From the NCBI RefSeq assembly GCF_006345805.1, contig NC_043009.1, positions 13,826,001 to 13,890,000 on the forward strand: a stretch of 64,000 bases of DNA, in the 5' to 3' direction. Origin of the DNA: Octopus sinensis. Taxonomy: Eukaryota. Shown piece by piece: positions 50,631 to 64,000 of the stretch. The translations under genes and the position numbers were made by a program. Below the pieces are notes generated by a model. It worked only from the letters and a program-made list of their open reading frames with translations. It searched no databases and had not been told where the DNA came from. Numbering within the stretch: position 1 is the first letter of the stretch; each line of letters opens with the position of its first letter.

Positions 50631-52279
50631 AGCGATGACATCGGGATGGAGTTTGGACTTGAGAAGTGTGCCAAGGCCACCTTTCCAGAAAGGGAAAGTG
50701 AAGACCACAAATTCAGTCGTGTTAGATATTGACACAGTCATAAGAGAGCTTGAGCAAGAACAAACATACAAATATTTAGGGATAAATGAAGGCTCTGATA
50801 TTCAGCATGCAAGCCTGAAAGGGAAGATCAGGAAGGAATGTTATAGGAGAGTTCGTGCAGTCCTGAAATCTGAACTAACTGCACGTAACAAGGTGTTAGC
50901 TATAAATTCCTTAGCAGTTCCAGTTGTTACTTATAGCTACAATGTGTTGAACTGAAATATGAGTGAAGTAAAGAATATAGATAGGAAAATACGCAAGCTG
51001 CTGAGTTGTAATAGGATGCACAACCCAAAGGCAGACGTAGATCTCCTTTACCTTCCCAGAGCCCAAGGAGGTCGAGGCCTGATCCAATTTGAACTAGCTT
51101 ACAAAACAACCACAATTGGACTGGCCAAATATCTTGAAATAACGAATGACTGGATGCTAAAGCTCGTGGAAAATCACGAGAGACGAAAGAAGCTTCATTC
51201 TATCATAAAGGAAAGCAAAAGATTTGCTATTGATCTGATGCAGGATACCCAAACTGAACAACCCAAGGGAAGTATGGCAACTATTGTTGCAAAGAAGGTG
51301 AAAATAATGGCAACGAAAAAAGCGCACGAGCAATTGGTTGATAGGTGGGAGGAGAAACCTCTGCACGGCAAATATATGGCCCGCAGCAAACAAGCTGATG
51401 TTGACCAGAAGCAAACCCATCAGTGGCTACGGAGCTTAGGGCTAAAAGCAGAGAGCGAAGGTTTCATCCTGGCTGCTCAAGATCAAAGCCTATTAACCCG
51501 GAACTACCAGACCAATGTGATGAAAAATGGAGCAGATCCAAAATGCCGATTCTGCAACGACATGATTGAAACAGTGGACCACCTAATCTCTGGATGTAAA
51601 GTCTTAGCACCAGTGGAGTATAAATTAAGACATGACAGAGTTGGCCAATATCTAAACTGGCTAATAAGTCGGCATTACAATATCAAAACTGCCGACAAGT
51701 GGTATAATCACAACCCTGAGGCTGTAACTGAAGGAGAAAATGTAACCATTCTGTGGGACTTTCCAGTACATACAGACCGAACCATCAAGGCCAATAAACC
51801 AGATATTGTTGTGAAAGACCAAAACAATAAAGTTTGCTTATTGATCGACATGAGCATCCCCTGTGATCATAACATCTCAGCGAAAGAGTTTGACAAGCTC
51901 AGAAAATATAAAGACCTACTCATTGAAATTGAGAAAATGTGGCATCTCAAGGCGGTTACAATACCAGTGATCGTAGGAGCACTAGGAATGATCAAGAAGG
52001 GAACCGAAAATTATATGAGAATGATCCCTGGCTTACCATCCCTGCAAGAAGTGCAAAAGATTGTCTTAACTGGTACGTCACACGTATTGAGAAGAGCATT
52101 GTCGATGTGAGAATTATTACTACCCATGTTTTTTAATTTAACTTAACAAAAAAAAAATGAACGAACTATTGAGTTTGGTTTGATGACCTACCGGTGTGTA
52201 CTATGAGTTTCTTTGCCCTAGGAGTCGGGAAGACACTCGGCAAGAAATGGAAGCAAATTTGAAAGAGGAAAAAAAGAAG
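50631..52279 (+). mobile_element. Sister copy of the same R4/Dong-like family, 5'-truncated within the RT
   Basis: Closely matches 10451-12044; ORF 50959-52110 carries the CCHC and RLE motifs; private TGA at ~50954; followed by a long (TAA)n tract. Confidence 0.93.
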
Positions 52280-52735
<456 letters not shown>

Positions 52736-52785
52736 GTAAATAAAAAATAGTGATTTTGTTGTGCTTAGGGACAGTCGTTATACAC

Positions 52786-53006
52786 ACTGGTTCAATCCAC
52801 TTCCTTTCTTTATTATTAGTCAGTTAGTTAATTATTTCAACTAAGCAATTTGTTTTGCTTTTGTTTTTCAAAGCTCTTTCGTTGCTACTTGAAAATTTTG
52901 CAAGTAGCAACGAAAGAAATTTCACGATTAAAGGCAAAACAAATTAGTTAGTTGGATATTTAACCAACTAATTAGTAATAAAGAAAAGAAGTGGAATTGA
53001 ACCAGT
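52786..53006. mobile_element. Palindromic MITE/foldback element
   Basis: Ends actggttcaatccacttc../..gaagtggaattgaaccagt; central 16-bp perfect arms 52876-52891 and 52901-52916. Confidence 0.7.
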
Positions 53007-53790
53007 TTATGTGTTAATTATATTGGCATAATGTCTGTCTCAAGACGCGACAAAATGTGTTTAAGGAAAAATTTTAAAATAAAGGGAAATTACTAGGAAT
53101 TAAATCAGTAAAAACAACAAATCTCATAAATAAAATATTCAAAACGAAAAATAAAAGGTGGAAAAAAAGAAAACAAAACACCTCTTAATCACAAATACGT
53201 AAATTACTCACATCCAATGAATTTCAAGAACAGGGGAAATTAGAAACTTTATTAAAAGCAGTAGATTTCATTGCCGTAAGAGAACTGGTCAAAGTATCAC
53301 AAAAAAAAAGAAAAGAAAAATTACTTCACATGTTAAAGTGACATAGAAATACTTAAAAAGAAATTAAATAAAGTGAAATTTGTTAAATGAAAAACTGAAT
53401 AAACATGAAAAGAGATTTACCGTAATATTTGAAAACTAATCAATGAGCTAACTTTCCTTAGATGCAGCAGAATATTGCATCTATGGCAATCTCAACATGA
53501 GTAAGTTGATAGATATATGATGAAATTCTGACAATGCTTTTAAGAAATATAACAGAAGTTAATGTTACCACACCTATGCATTATAAATCGTTAACATGAC
53601 ACATCTATATTATCGTTTTCAGTTTCAACACATGATATTAGACTGAGTCACATGTCAAGCAAGGCAATTCACATGTATCTCTAATGCCTGGTAGTAAAGC
53701 ATTCTGCAATTCAACTAGTTTTGACAAACGTTTTATCCAACTGATTTTCGTAATGTAATATTAATGAATTTGCATATAAAGATATTCATA

Positions 53791-55054
53791 TGGGGTGGTA
53801 TCAAAACGTTCCCGACTAATTATGTTCAATAAAAAATATCTTATTTACTTTAGTTTTAACATCATCTCATTCAAAATAGCCACTTTGTGCAGTGATGCAC
53901 CGGTCCCAGCATTCCTGCCAGTTTGGGAATCTGGCTTGGAAGTCGTTTTCCGTAATCGAGTCTTAGACCTTGTTATTCACTCTTGATCTTCACAACGGTG
54001 TTAACGGTGACCGTTCAGCTGCATTTTCATTTTGGGGAAGAGATGGAAGTCCGTAAGTGCTAAATCTGGCTAATAGGGCAGGTGCGGACCCAATTCCATA
54101 TTGATTTTGTTGAAAAACTCACGAGTAAGAAGAGTTCGGTGACTGGTTGCATTGTCGTCGTAAAGAATCCATTTCTTTGCACTCCACAGATCCGGTCACT
54201 TTCGCCGAATTTCCCTCAAACACTTCAAAACATGATACCTGGGGGACGAAATCTCGATACACAATATCGCAGATGTCGAAAAAAGCGATAAGCGTACGCT
54301 TGATTGAGCTACGGCTCTGTCGTGCTTTCTTCGCTCGTGGCAATGAAGAGTTCTTCCATTGTGACGACTGCTGCTTCGTCTCAGAGTCGTATCCGTAGAC
54401 TCAACTCTCGTCACCGGTGATGATCCTCGACATGAATGATGGTCACCAGCAGTATGCTGGTGACCATCATTCATGGACTTCGAAGCGATGTTCTTTCTGC
54501 TCAGTAGTCTGCAGGTGGGAACAAACTTCACAGAGACATGCCGCTTCTTCATTTCTGACGTTAGGATTGTCTGTACAGACCAACAACATCAGCAATGTCG
54601 TTGGTTGTCCTCCAACAATCTTCATGCACAATCTGATGAATTGTCTCCACACTTCCGAGGTGACGCGCGTGGCAGGTCCCCCAGATCGATCGTCGTCTTC
54701 CAGGGAGGTTCTTTCGCTTTTGTAGCACCAGTGCCATCCGAAGCATTACGTACGACACATTGCCTCGTCTCCGCAAACTTGCTGAAGCATGCTTAATATT
54801 TTTCTAGAAGGCTTTAACGCAAAATTTCACGTCGACTCTTTGGTCCAGTTTCCTGTCATTGACAAAATCGCAGACTGCAGCATTTACGTGATCACAAAAA
54901 AACAAATTTCACAACTTACGAAGTTACCACAACGATGTCACTCGGCACACTGCCTCATAAAGGTTACTGCTGGCTCTCATTGGACACTCAAGCGTTCGCT
55001 ACCGTCTGTTAGCACGCAGCAGAATTAGCCCGTGAACTTTCTAATAACACTTTT
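53791..55054 (-). mobile_element. Near full-length fossil mariner transposon (~1.26 kb)
   Basis: Degenerate TIRs 53791-53820 and 55024-55054 with flanking TA; motifs SLEDDDRSG, KFVP, RIITGDES, FFDI, YDDNA..H, PY*PDLA..D. Confidence 0.85.
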
Positions 55055-56237
55055 TATTAAGTAATTTCTGTATTGTCGAAGTACTAAACTTTTTAATCAG
55101 TAGTTAAATGAAACTAATGCAATACATATGTGTGGTAGCCTTATTATCGAACTTTCCACTGTAGTTTATCTTTAATTTTGTTCGCAAACTCTTGCAGAGT
55201 AAACTGGTTGTGAAAAATCTGTAATGCTCGACGATGAAAAATCAGTTGTTTGACTAAAATGTGAAATTGGTGTTAGTGGATGAGAATTACTCAGACAAAG
55301 AGATGGGAGACCTTTCCTTGATTTATTTTTATTTTGTGAGTTATTTTGAGAAAAAAGGTAGGGGATAGAAAGAAAGAAGATCGATTTAATAAGAGTACTT
55401 TTTTTATTGATCCTGGGAATACGAAGAGTAGAGTTGGTCATGGAACGGCTTGAACTCATTGCACAGATAGTCGGAACGAATATCTTAAGGCAATCATCCA
55501 ACCCTGTAACTATTCTGCCAATTGATTTCCCTTCTAAAATACTTTAATTTAGTTTTGACAGCTGCTAAGAGAGAAATACAAGGATAATACTATGTTCACA
55601 TAGGGAAAATATCTTTTTCATCTTTAACAATGAAAACTTAGAGCATTTTTAGTTTGATTGGATTATTATATTGTTTCCACTTAATTTTACATCTATTTTC
55701 ACTTCTGAAACTGTGACATGTATTCTGTTCTATTCTTTGTATTCTTGATTTATTTTCATTTTGTGAGTTAGAGTGGAATGAATCGTACAAGTAGTTGGGG
55801 GCAAGTAAGCAAGTCTTGTTTGTTTAGTGTTTCAGGCTACTTTATTCAAATTATGTTAGCATGTGATATCGATTTTTTTTTTCACTGTTTCGGTTTTTGA
55901 ATAGGATTCTGACATGACTTCCTTGAGAAGTGCAGTTGTATCATCAGCGAAATGGAATGTGAATAAATTTATGCATAGCATTTATATGGATCAGAAATTA
56001 ACATTTTTCGACAACTGACTTTTCCAGAATATGATTAGCAATGCTAGTTCATAGTTTTTACTGTCTGCTGGTGATGTTTAGTGTTCATCAAAGTACTCAG
56101 TATTAAACTCATTGCAAGCAAATCATCCGCCACGGGATGCACACGTTCATTGCCCATTTAAACGGGGACCTCATGATTTGGAATACACAATTTTCAAGAC
56201 ATATATCTATCTATTTTCCATCTGTCTATCTACATAC

Positions 56238-56318
<81 letters not shown>

Positions 56319-56572
56319 CTTTCGAGATAGATAAATTAAGTACCAGTTGAGTACTGAGGTCGGTATGATTCGACTATCACCCTCCTCCAAATTTCAGGTC
56401 TTGTGCTTCTAATAGAAAGTATTATAGTTAGAAAAGATGAAACCTCATAGATTTATTAAACCTGTCAGTAAAAAGACCCAACTTGAACTCTAATCTGTAC
56501 TTGACTAGAATTTTATTTCAATGGGGACCATATAGTTTTAAGTTTAAAATAATATAACAAAGCTAGCTACAT

Positions 56573-56974
56573 AGGCGTTGGAGTGGCTGTGTGGTAAGTA
56601 GCTTGCTTACCAACCACGTGGTTCCGGGTTCACTCACACTGCTTGGCATCTTGGGCAAGTGTTTTCTACTATAGCCTCGGGCCGACCAAAGCCTTGTGAG
56701 TGGATTTCGTAGACGGAAGCTGAAAAAAGCCCATCATATATATGTGTGTGTGTGTGTGTGTATGCTTGTGTGTCTGTATTTGTCACCCCCCCCCCAACAT
56801 CGCTTGACAACTGATGTTGGTGTGTTCACGTCCCCGTAACTAAGCGGTTCGGCAAAAGTGACCGATAGAATAAGTACTAGGCTTACAAAGAATAAGTCCT
56901 GGGGCCGATTTGCTCGTCTAAAGGCGGTGCTCCAGCATGGCCGCAGTCAAATGACTGAACCAAGTAAAAGAGTA
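56573..56974 (+). mobile_element. SINE family A, full length
   Basis: Family match. Confidence 0.9.
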
Positions 56975-57483
56975 TTCCGAAATCGAACGGTAGCAGCCTG
57001 ATTTTAGATCTCATCTATCAACGGTGACTGGCTGAAGTTACTAAAGAAAGATAACGAAGCAACTACAAGAACAGTAACACAATGCCACTACTATAAATAA
57101 CTCGTAGAACCAACTCAATAGAGACTATTCTACCATCCATACAAACAAAACCACAACAACGTTTTTACCTCCCACATCCACTAAATTGGGGAAAAGAAAA
57201 AGCCGCCAGAATCACGCATTTGTCTAGCAAAAATGGCCACTGAAATTAGTCATAGTGATTGTAAATTAATCAATTAACTATACAGGACGTAAACAGTTAA
57301 ATACAACAAGCAGCGAGCGAAGCTTACTAGCGTGATTTTTGTCAGATTTAGTCTAATCCATCAGAAACATCCCTGATATAAAATATACAAAAGAATAAAG
57401 ATGGAAACTGTCTGTGTTGATATTTACATACATCCATTGGTGACTAGGATTTTAGTCAAATGTATTTCAGCTGCACATATGCT

Positions 57484-57507
57484 TATGTATGTATGTACGT
57501 ATGTATG

Positions 57508-57541
<34 letters not shown>

Positions 57542-57762
57542 ATATTATATATATATGTATGTATGTATGTATGAATATATATATATAGTATGTATATATA
57601 TATATGTATGTATGTATATATATGTATGTATGTATATATTGTATATATGTATCTATATATATATATATATATATGGTATGTATATATATGTATGTATGAT
57701 GTATGTATGCATGTATATATATTGTATATATATGTATCTATCTATCTTTCTTTCTATCTATC

Positions 57763-57836
<74 letters not shown>

Positions 57837-57942
57837 TATGTATGTATGTATCGTACGTGTCTATATATACATACGTATGCACGTATGTATATGTATGAAG
57901 ATGTACTTATATATGTCCTATATATCATATGCTTATGCATGT

Positions 57943-57991
<49 letters not shown>

Positions 57992-58166
57992 CGTGTGTGT
58001 GTTTAGAATGCATCGAGGAGCGCCGCATACATACGTATATATGTAGGCGTGCGGGTCATTCTCGTATCTTCTTTTTCTGTATTTCTGGTGCTTTATGCAC
58101 ATCTCCTTATAGTATATATTCTTAAAGTTCTGAGTCATAACTAAATTACTTACGAACTCCCACACG

Positions 58167-58204
<38 letters not shown>

Positions 58205-58335
58205 TCAACGTCACACACGTACACACAAAAATACGATTGAATATTTAAATTAATACTTACTCAGAACCGCGTGTATGCGTCTTTATGTATACGTGACTGC
58301 TTCTGTGTACATACATTTAATTATAATATGCATAC

Positions 58336-58416
<81 letters not shown>

Positions 58417-58472
58417 AGATTTATATATAGATATATATATACAGATATATATACATATATAATAAATACTTT

Positions 58473-58568
<96 letters not shown>

Positions 58569-58994
58569 CATATAGATGGAGTGGTAGGGAGAATGTGGAT
58601 AGAATCTCCAAGAAGTAAAGCAATAAGAACGATTGGAATGTAATCTTATTAATCAAAGAGATTAGAAGACTAAAGAGAAATGCAAACAGAGAGGATTTTG
58701 CATTATCAAAACTGTTAAAGGACTGACGACGGCTGAAGAGTTCTTCCATTGTTACAGAAATATATCTCATTCAATATCTCTGCTTCTGATTCATTCTGCC
58801 CGTCCAGTGTCTAGTAATAAGTTTTGCAAATTTAGACTGACATGCGTTCACAACATTGTTGAATGTGGATATCATATGAATGCGTGAGTGTGTGTGCGTG
58901 TGTGTGTCTGTATGTATGTATGCACGTATATATTCATATGTGTATGCATGTATATGTATATGTGTGTGTGTATGTATGTATGTATATATATAGG

Positions 58995-59032
<38 letters not shown>

Positions 59033-59039
59033 CATACAC

Positions 59040-59099
<60 letters not shown>

Positions 59100-59128
59100 A
59101 AATATATGTGCGTGTGTGTGTGCGCGCG

Positions 59129-59175
<47 letters not shown>
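57484..59175. repeat. Cluster of TA/CA/TATG microsatellites
   Basis: Direct. Confidence 0.9.
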
Positions 59176-59183
<8 letters not shown>

Positions 59184-59935
59184 ATACGATATGGGGGTGC
59201 GTGTAGTAGTAGACAAGTTCGACTCTACTTCGTTCCACCTTGGCTGAGTGTTATCTTCTACAGCCTCAGTTCGACTCACAATTATCAAAGCCTGTCCAAC
59301 AGATTCTACTTGTAACTAAATGGCGAATGAGGGGGTATCCGCTTGAGCATCACTTAAAGGATGTCTATGTCTATGGACTCTTTAGCCACTGACAGCGTAA
59401 TTCTTCAACATATGTGTGTGCTTAACCCATTATTTTGTTTGTTTTTAATTTCCCCTTTTGGTTATCCCATTTCTTTTACATACCCCCTTTTGGTTACCTC
59501 ATTATCGCCCCACTTTTCTTGAATGCCCACTGAATCTTTCTTCTCCCTATGTGATGCTCGTGGTGGTGGTGGTAGTGGGGGAAGTACCGCCCAGTTTGGG
59601 AACCATCGTATTAATTTATCGCCAGTGGATTCAAAATTTGTTGAGCTGTTACTTCCAGGTCATCGCCATAGTTTATTCTTCCATGGTTAATCTTCAAGTT
59701 CTGCAAAATTTATTATCGACAAATTACACAGAACACATTTGAGAACCAAACATGGTCCGTTCTCTTGTATTCTTTTCTTTTTCTTTTTTTTTTGCATTTA
59801 CATATTAGCCTTTTGTAAATGCAATCCTCTGATTTCTAAGAGTTCTTATTCTATGTAATACAACGTTTCTTAATAAGTTTTATGATAATTATTAACTGAA
59901 CGTTAACTTTAGAAATATTGTGTGTGTGTATATAT

Positions 59936-59979
<44 letters not shown>

Positions 59980-60959
59980 GTGTGTGTGTGTGTGTGTGTG
60001 TTGTGTGTGTGTGTATGTATGTATGTATATATATGTATATGTATATGTATATATATGTATGCATGTACGTATGTATGTATATATATATAGTTCATTTGGG
60101 ATAACTATTAAGGAACGTCTCTGGAAAACTTGAAATTCGCCTTCCACTATTTTTCTTTTCGTCGTAACATTTTTTGTTCTCTCCAAATTCTCTCACATTC
60201 TCTTTTATCTGTTTACCTTATTCTTCCTATTTTGTTACAAATACGTAAGACGAGTGACCCAAAATTTATGTACAATTGTTTCTGTTCTTACCTTTTTTTA
60301 TGTAATTTCCGACAACCACTTCTCATCTACCAGTGGGACTAGTGCTTTATTCTCGGCATCTTGCTTTCATTCGAAGTGTATGATTTAGGATCGATTTTTT
60401 CCACTGTATCCATGACAAGATGAACAATATCTATGTGATTATTTTAAATATTCTTCTTGTACTTACCCAATCTACAATTGATATCAATCTTCATTCATTC
60501 TTACAAAGTGTTTATTCTTTATTCATCTTTACAAAGTTTTTCAATCCCTCAAACAACCACGACGTCGTTTTTCACATCTTAGCAGGTTAAAAGCTTGAAA
60601 ATAGACATCTGTTGGTTTCTTTTGTGAATGATTTATCGAAATTCTTCGCTTGGTTGTGACGAAAATCCGCGTTTCATGAGGAATATTGTGTTTCTTGTTC
60701 CGAATGCCTTTAGGTCACTATGTTGGTTCGCATTGTCATTTTACATATGGCATTGTTAATAATTTATATAGTTGGCTTCAGTTTCCCGACTCAAGCAGAT
60801 TGTTTTATGTGGTTAGTGTTTGATCCTAAATAATGCCGAATATTAACATCAGGATGTTTAGATATATGGTTTGTAATACAAAAAGCCACAATTCTACAAT
60901 AGTTTAACAAGTGAGGTGATATACTTGAGTTTGAATAAGTTTGTGTTTAACGCCTGGAA

Positions 60960-61300
60960 CATTATCGGATCAATAAAAAGTACTACCCCCCGAAGGGAGA
61001 GTGTGTAATATCGATGTTCCCTTCAGATTGACTGCGAGATCTTTAAATCAACCATGAAGATAGGTTCATCTGCATCATAACTGAGATAGCCTCAAGGTTA
61101 AGTTATCGGCTTACACGCTCAGTTCTCTGCCTTAGGAAGACTGAATGTATTTTTCGTTACTCGGAGATTCTTCCTTGCGTGTTATCATCTATGACGGGAT
61201 TAAGGATCAAATAAGAGGTTCCATATTTTTTCAGTCCTCTTACAAATAACCTGCAACTCTGCTCTTCATTATAGATTCAGCTGAGCAAAATCCAAACGAT
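60960..61300 (+). mobile_element. Possible degenerate Penelope GIY-YIG remnant
   Basis: Weak resemblance (GECV.., I.ITE..FKV.Y..H..S); many stops. Confidence 0.3.
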
Positions 61301-61633
61301 CGAAATTTTTTTTAGATATATAACCATATAATGTATGTCTTACTATATTGGCAGCGGTGTGCTTTTCTCATTTTCTTTTCATTGTTGCTGCTACTGTTGC
61401 TGTTGGGCGAAGCGGTCTTCGTCCCAGAGCTCACAAGATCGCGCCTCTGTAGTGGTAGAAGTCCGAAACGTGGTCCTTTGCTATTCGTAAGACCCACAGA
61501 AGAGAAATCAGGTCAACCCCTGACACCGAGAGCATCGACGGATGGATGAATGCGCATCCAGGCTCAGCGGTTGCGTAGGTAGTCGGGGACAAGAAACAGG
61601 AAGAAAAAGTGAGAGAAAGTTGGAGCGAAAGAG

Positions 61634-61848
61634 TACCTATTTCTTTACTACCCACAGAGAGGGCAAACAAGGACAGACATAGGTATTAAGTCGATTATAT
61701 CGACCCCAGTGCGTAACTGGTACTTAATTTATCGACCCCGAAAGGATGAAAGGCGAAGTTGACCTCGGCGGAATTTGAACTCAGAACGTAAAGACAGACG
61801 AAATACCGCTAAGCACTTCACCCGGCGTGCTAACGTTTCTGCCAGCTC
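61634..61848 (-). mobile_element. SINE family B, full length
   Basis: Head to aaagaaataggta tail. Confidence 0.9.
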
Positions 61849-61869
61849 TGTTGGATGATGTGATATAGA

Positions 61870-62125
61870 ATTGTGTTCCTTGTACCGGGGGGGGATGACG
61901 GGGATGGTCATAGCTGGAGGGGAATTTGATCATACATAGGGTCTGCTCATTCAGGGTTGACTTTGGTGGTGGGGCAGTGGGGTTGAGTACCACCCCCTGC
62001 CGGAACCTTGTGGAGCTTTAGGTGTTTTCGCTCAATAAACACACACAACGCCCGGTCTGGGAATCGAAACCGCGATCCTCCGACCGCGAGTCCGCTGCCC
62101 TAACCATTGGGCCATTGCACCTCCA
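61870..62125 (-). mobile_element. SINE family C
   Basis: Reverse complement of the 37690 head and body. Confidence 0.8.
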
Positions 62126-62834
62126 CTGTTGTTGCTGCAGGGACAATACAGATGTAGCAGCAAATGACATAATACATTGCAGGTTATAGTGCAGAAACAC
62201 TCGATATGTTCTTATCAGTGAAGACAGTCCAGTGACCTTCACCTAATACTTTCAGGACATCTGTTAGTAGCTAGAAGAAGGAAACTTCTTAAAATTGAGG
62301 CCTAGATCAAAACATTGACAACTGATTGGACTCACCTAAATTGATTGGACTCGCCTAAAAACACCTAAAAACCAGTTGATGGTGTATAACCGAGCGACAA
62401 ATAAAGTCTACTAAAGTCTACTAAACTTTGAATTCAAAGAGCCGTTGGAACAAATATTGTGAGGCTTTAACATTGTGAGGCTTTAAGCACTCGATGCTTT
62501 AACATTTCTACCCATTCACCACCATGAAATAATACGTTATTTATCGGCCTCGAATAAATATGAGAAAAACTGACCTCTCCGGGATTCGACAGCAGAGCAG
62601 AGAGCTCCGGAAGAAAAGCGCTAGACATTTTGTCGTACGTATCTGACGATTCTGTAAAATTACAGACTATTGATACAAGTCATAACTAAAAATCAAGGGA
62701 GATATTTCGCTGCTTATGTGAGGAGAGAACTGAATTTGTGTTTTGCTATTTATATTTAGAATGCATTGTATATACACATAAGAATATACAAACATACACA
62801 CGCGCGCACGTGTATATATGTATATATATATATA

Positions 62835-62869
<35 letters not shown>

Positions 62870-62872
<3 letters not shown>

Positions 62873-63050
62873 TAATCCAAACAAGAAAACACAAAAAAAA
62901 ACACAACAACGCGAGGACGTGGAACAAATAAAGTATTATTGGATGCTCAGGAAAAAAGGAAAGAAGGAGGGTTTAACGTTTCGAGCGGAGCTCTTCGGCA
63001 GAAACATAGGAAAAGGAAAGATCCAAAGAAGGGAAGACGGAGGAAATAGT
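62870..63050 (-). mobile_element. Penelope-like pseudo-LTR remnant
   Basis: ctgccgaagagctccgctcgaaacgtt on the minus strand. Confidence 0.6.
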
Positions 63051-63069
63051 GGAAACACCTTAAAATTTC

Positions 63070-63430
63070 AAACACCTTTGGCAGTAATTACAGCTTGAAT
63101 TCTGTGTGGTATGAACTCGTACAAAGTTTGAATTGTTTTCAAAGGAATTTTTGTTCATTCTTCAGCTAAAACGGTCTCCAGTTCTCGTAGTGATGATGGT
63201 AGAGGATATCAACTCCTTTCTTCTTTTTTTTTCTAAAATTCACCATAAATGTTCAATAATATTGAGATCTGGAAATTGTGATGGCCAGATAATATGTTCA
63301 ACTTCTCTAGAATGTTCCTCGTGCCATTCAGTAACAACTTTACCTTTGTGAATTGGTGCATTATCATCCTGAAAGATTGTGTTTCCCTCCGGAAACAGTT
63401 CCGCAACCATAGGAGGAATTTAATCAGATA
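63070..63430 (-). mobile_element. Tc1-like transposase 3' fragment with DD36E spacing
   Basis: FQDDNAPIH..WPSQFPDLNIIEHLW..IQAVITAKG; 36 residues counted between D and E. Confidence 0.8.
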
Positions 63431-64000
63431 AAATGCTTAAATAGTTTTAAATGAGAGAGATTCCTCGGAAGCGATAAATTTCGGTACTCGTTTTTTTTTT
63501 TCCATTATTTATAATTCCACTCTCTCTTAAGTATCAGTTGCGTACTGAGGTCGATCTAATCGACTGCCTCCTCCCCAGAAATTTCGGGCCTTGTGCCTAG
63601 AGTAGAAAAGATTATTTATTATTCCTATTTCTCTTAAATATTTCTACATATTTTGCTAGATTTTTGTGTGTGATACGCATATAATATCAACTTTGACAAG
63701 TTGAAATTCTTGTAGATTCAACTTATTGTTCGCAACTGATCTGGAAATCATAGGGTCGTACTTTCATTTGAAAACGTTACATATTTCTAATCATCATTAG
63801 CATATAAAATTTGGGGACAAAATAACAATCTGGTGAGATATTTCAAATATATGTTTAAAGGAAAACTAGGATTAATTTTTGAGCCCATACGTTTTTCTCC
63901 AGTTGCATTCGTTTTATTTCATTTATTGAAGTGTAATTATTCAACTTTGATCTCAGCTTTCTATATTTTGTATATATATGATAGAACAACTAATATCAAA

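Noticed and set aside
57484-59175. Recurring AA/TT phase flips inside (TA)n tracts
   Set aside because: Cannot be distinguished from sequencing or consensus error in low-complexity DNA.

Overview
AT-rich eukaryotic (animal) genomic DNA dominated by microsatellites and transposable elements. The repeat families look like those I recall from octopus genomes; this is an inference and I have not verified it. There is no intact long host ORF, only short low-confidence exon candidates. Main content: (1) Several lineages of RLE-type (R4/Dong-like) non-LTR retrotransposons, nearly all next to (TAA)n tracts. These include a 3.4-kb 5'-truncated copy (8595-12044) and a 1.65-kb sister copy (50631-52279) that share the same +1 frameshift inside the RT. 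(2) Three tRNA-headed SINE families in many copies. (3) A ~520-bp TAA-associated element on both sides of the long LINE. (4) RTE-BovB-like 5' and 3' remnants. (5) Penelope-type remnants with minimal hammerhead-like motifs. (6) Tc1/mariner fossils (mariner, DD37D, DD36E), Helitron remnants and a palindromic MITE. Several local template-switch events are visible: an inverted duplication, a perfect hairpin, a templated insertion and tandem junction repeats. All alignments and folds were done by eye.
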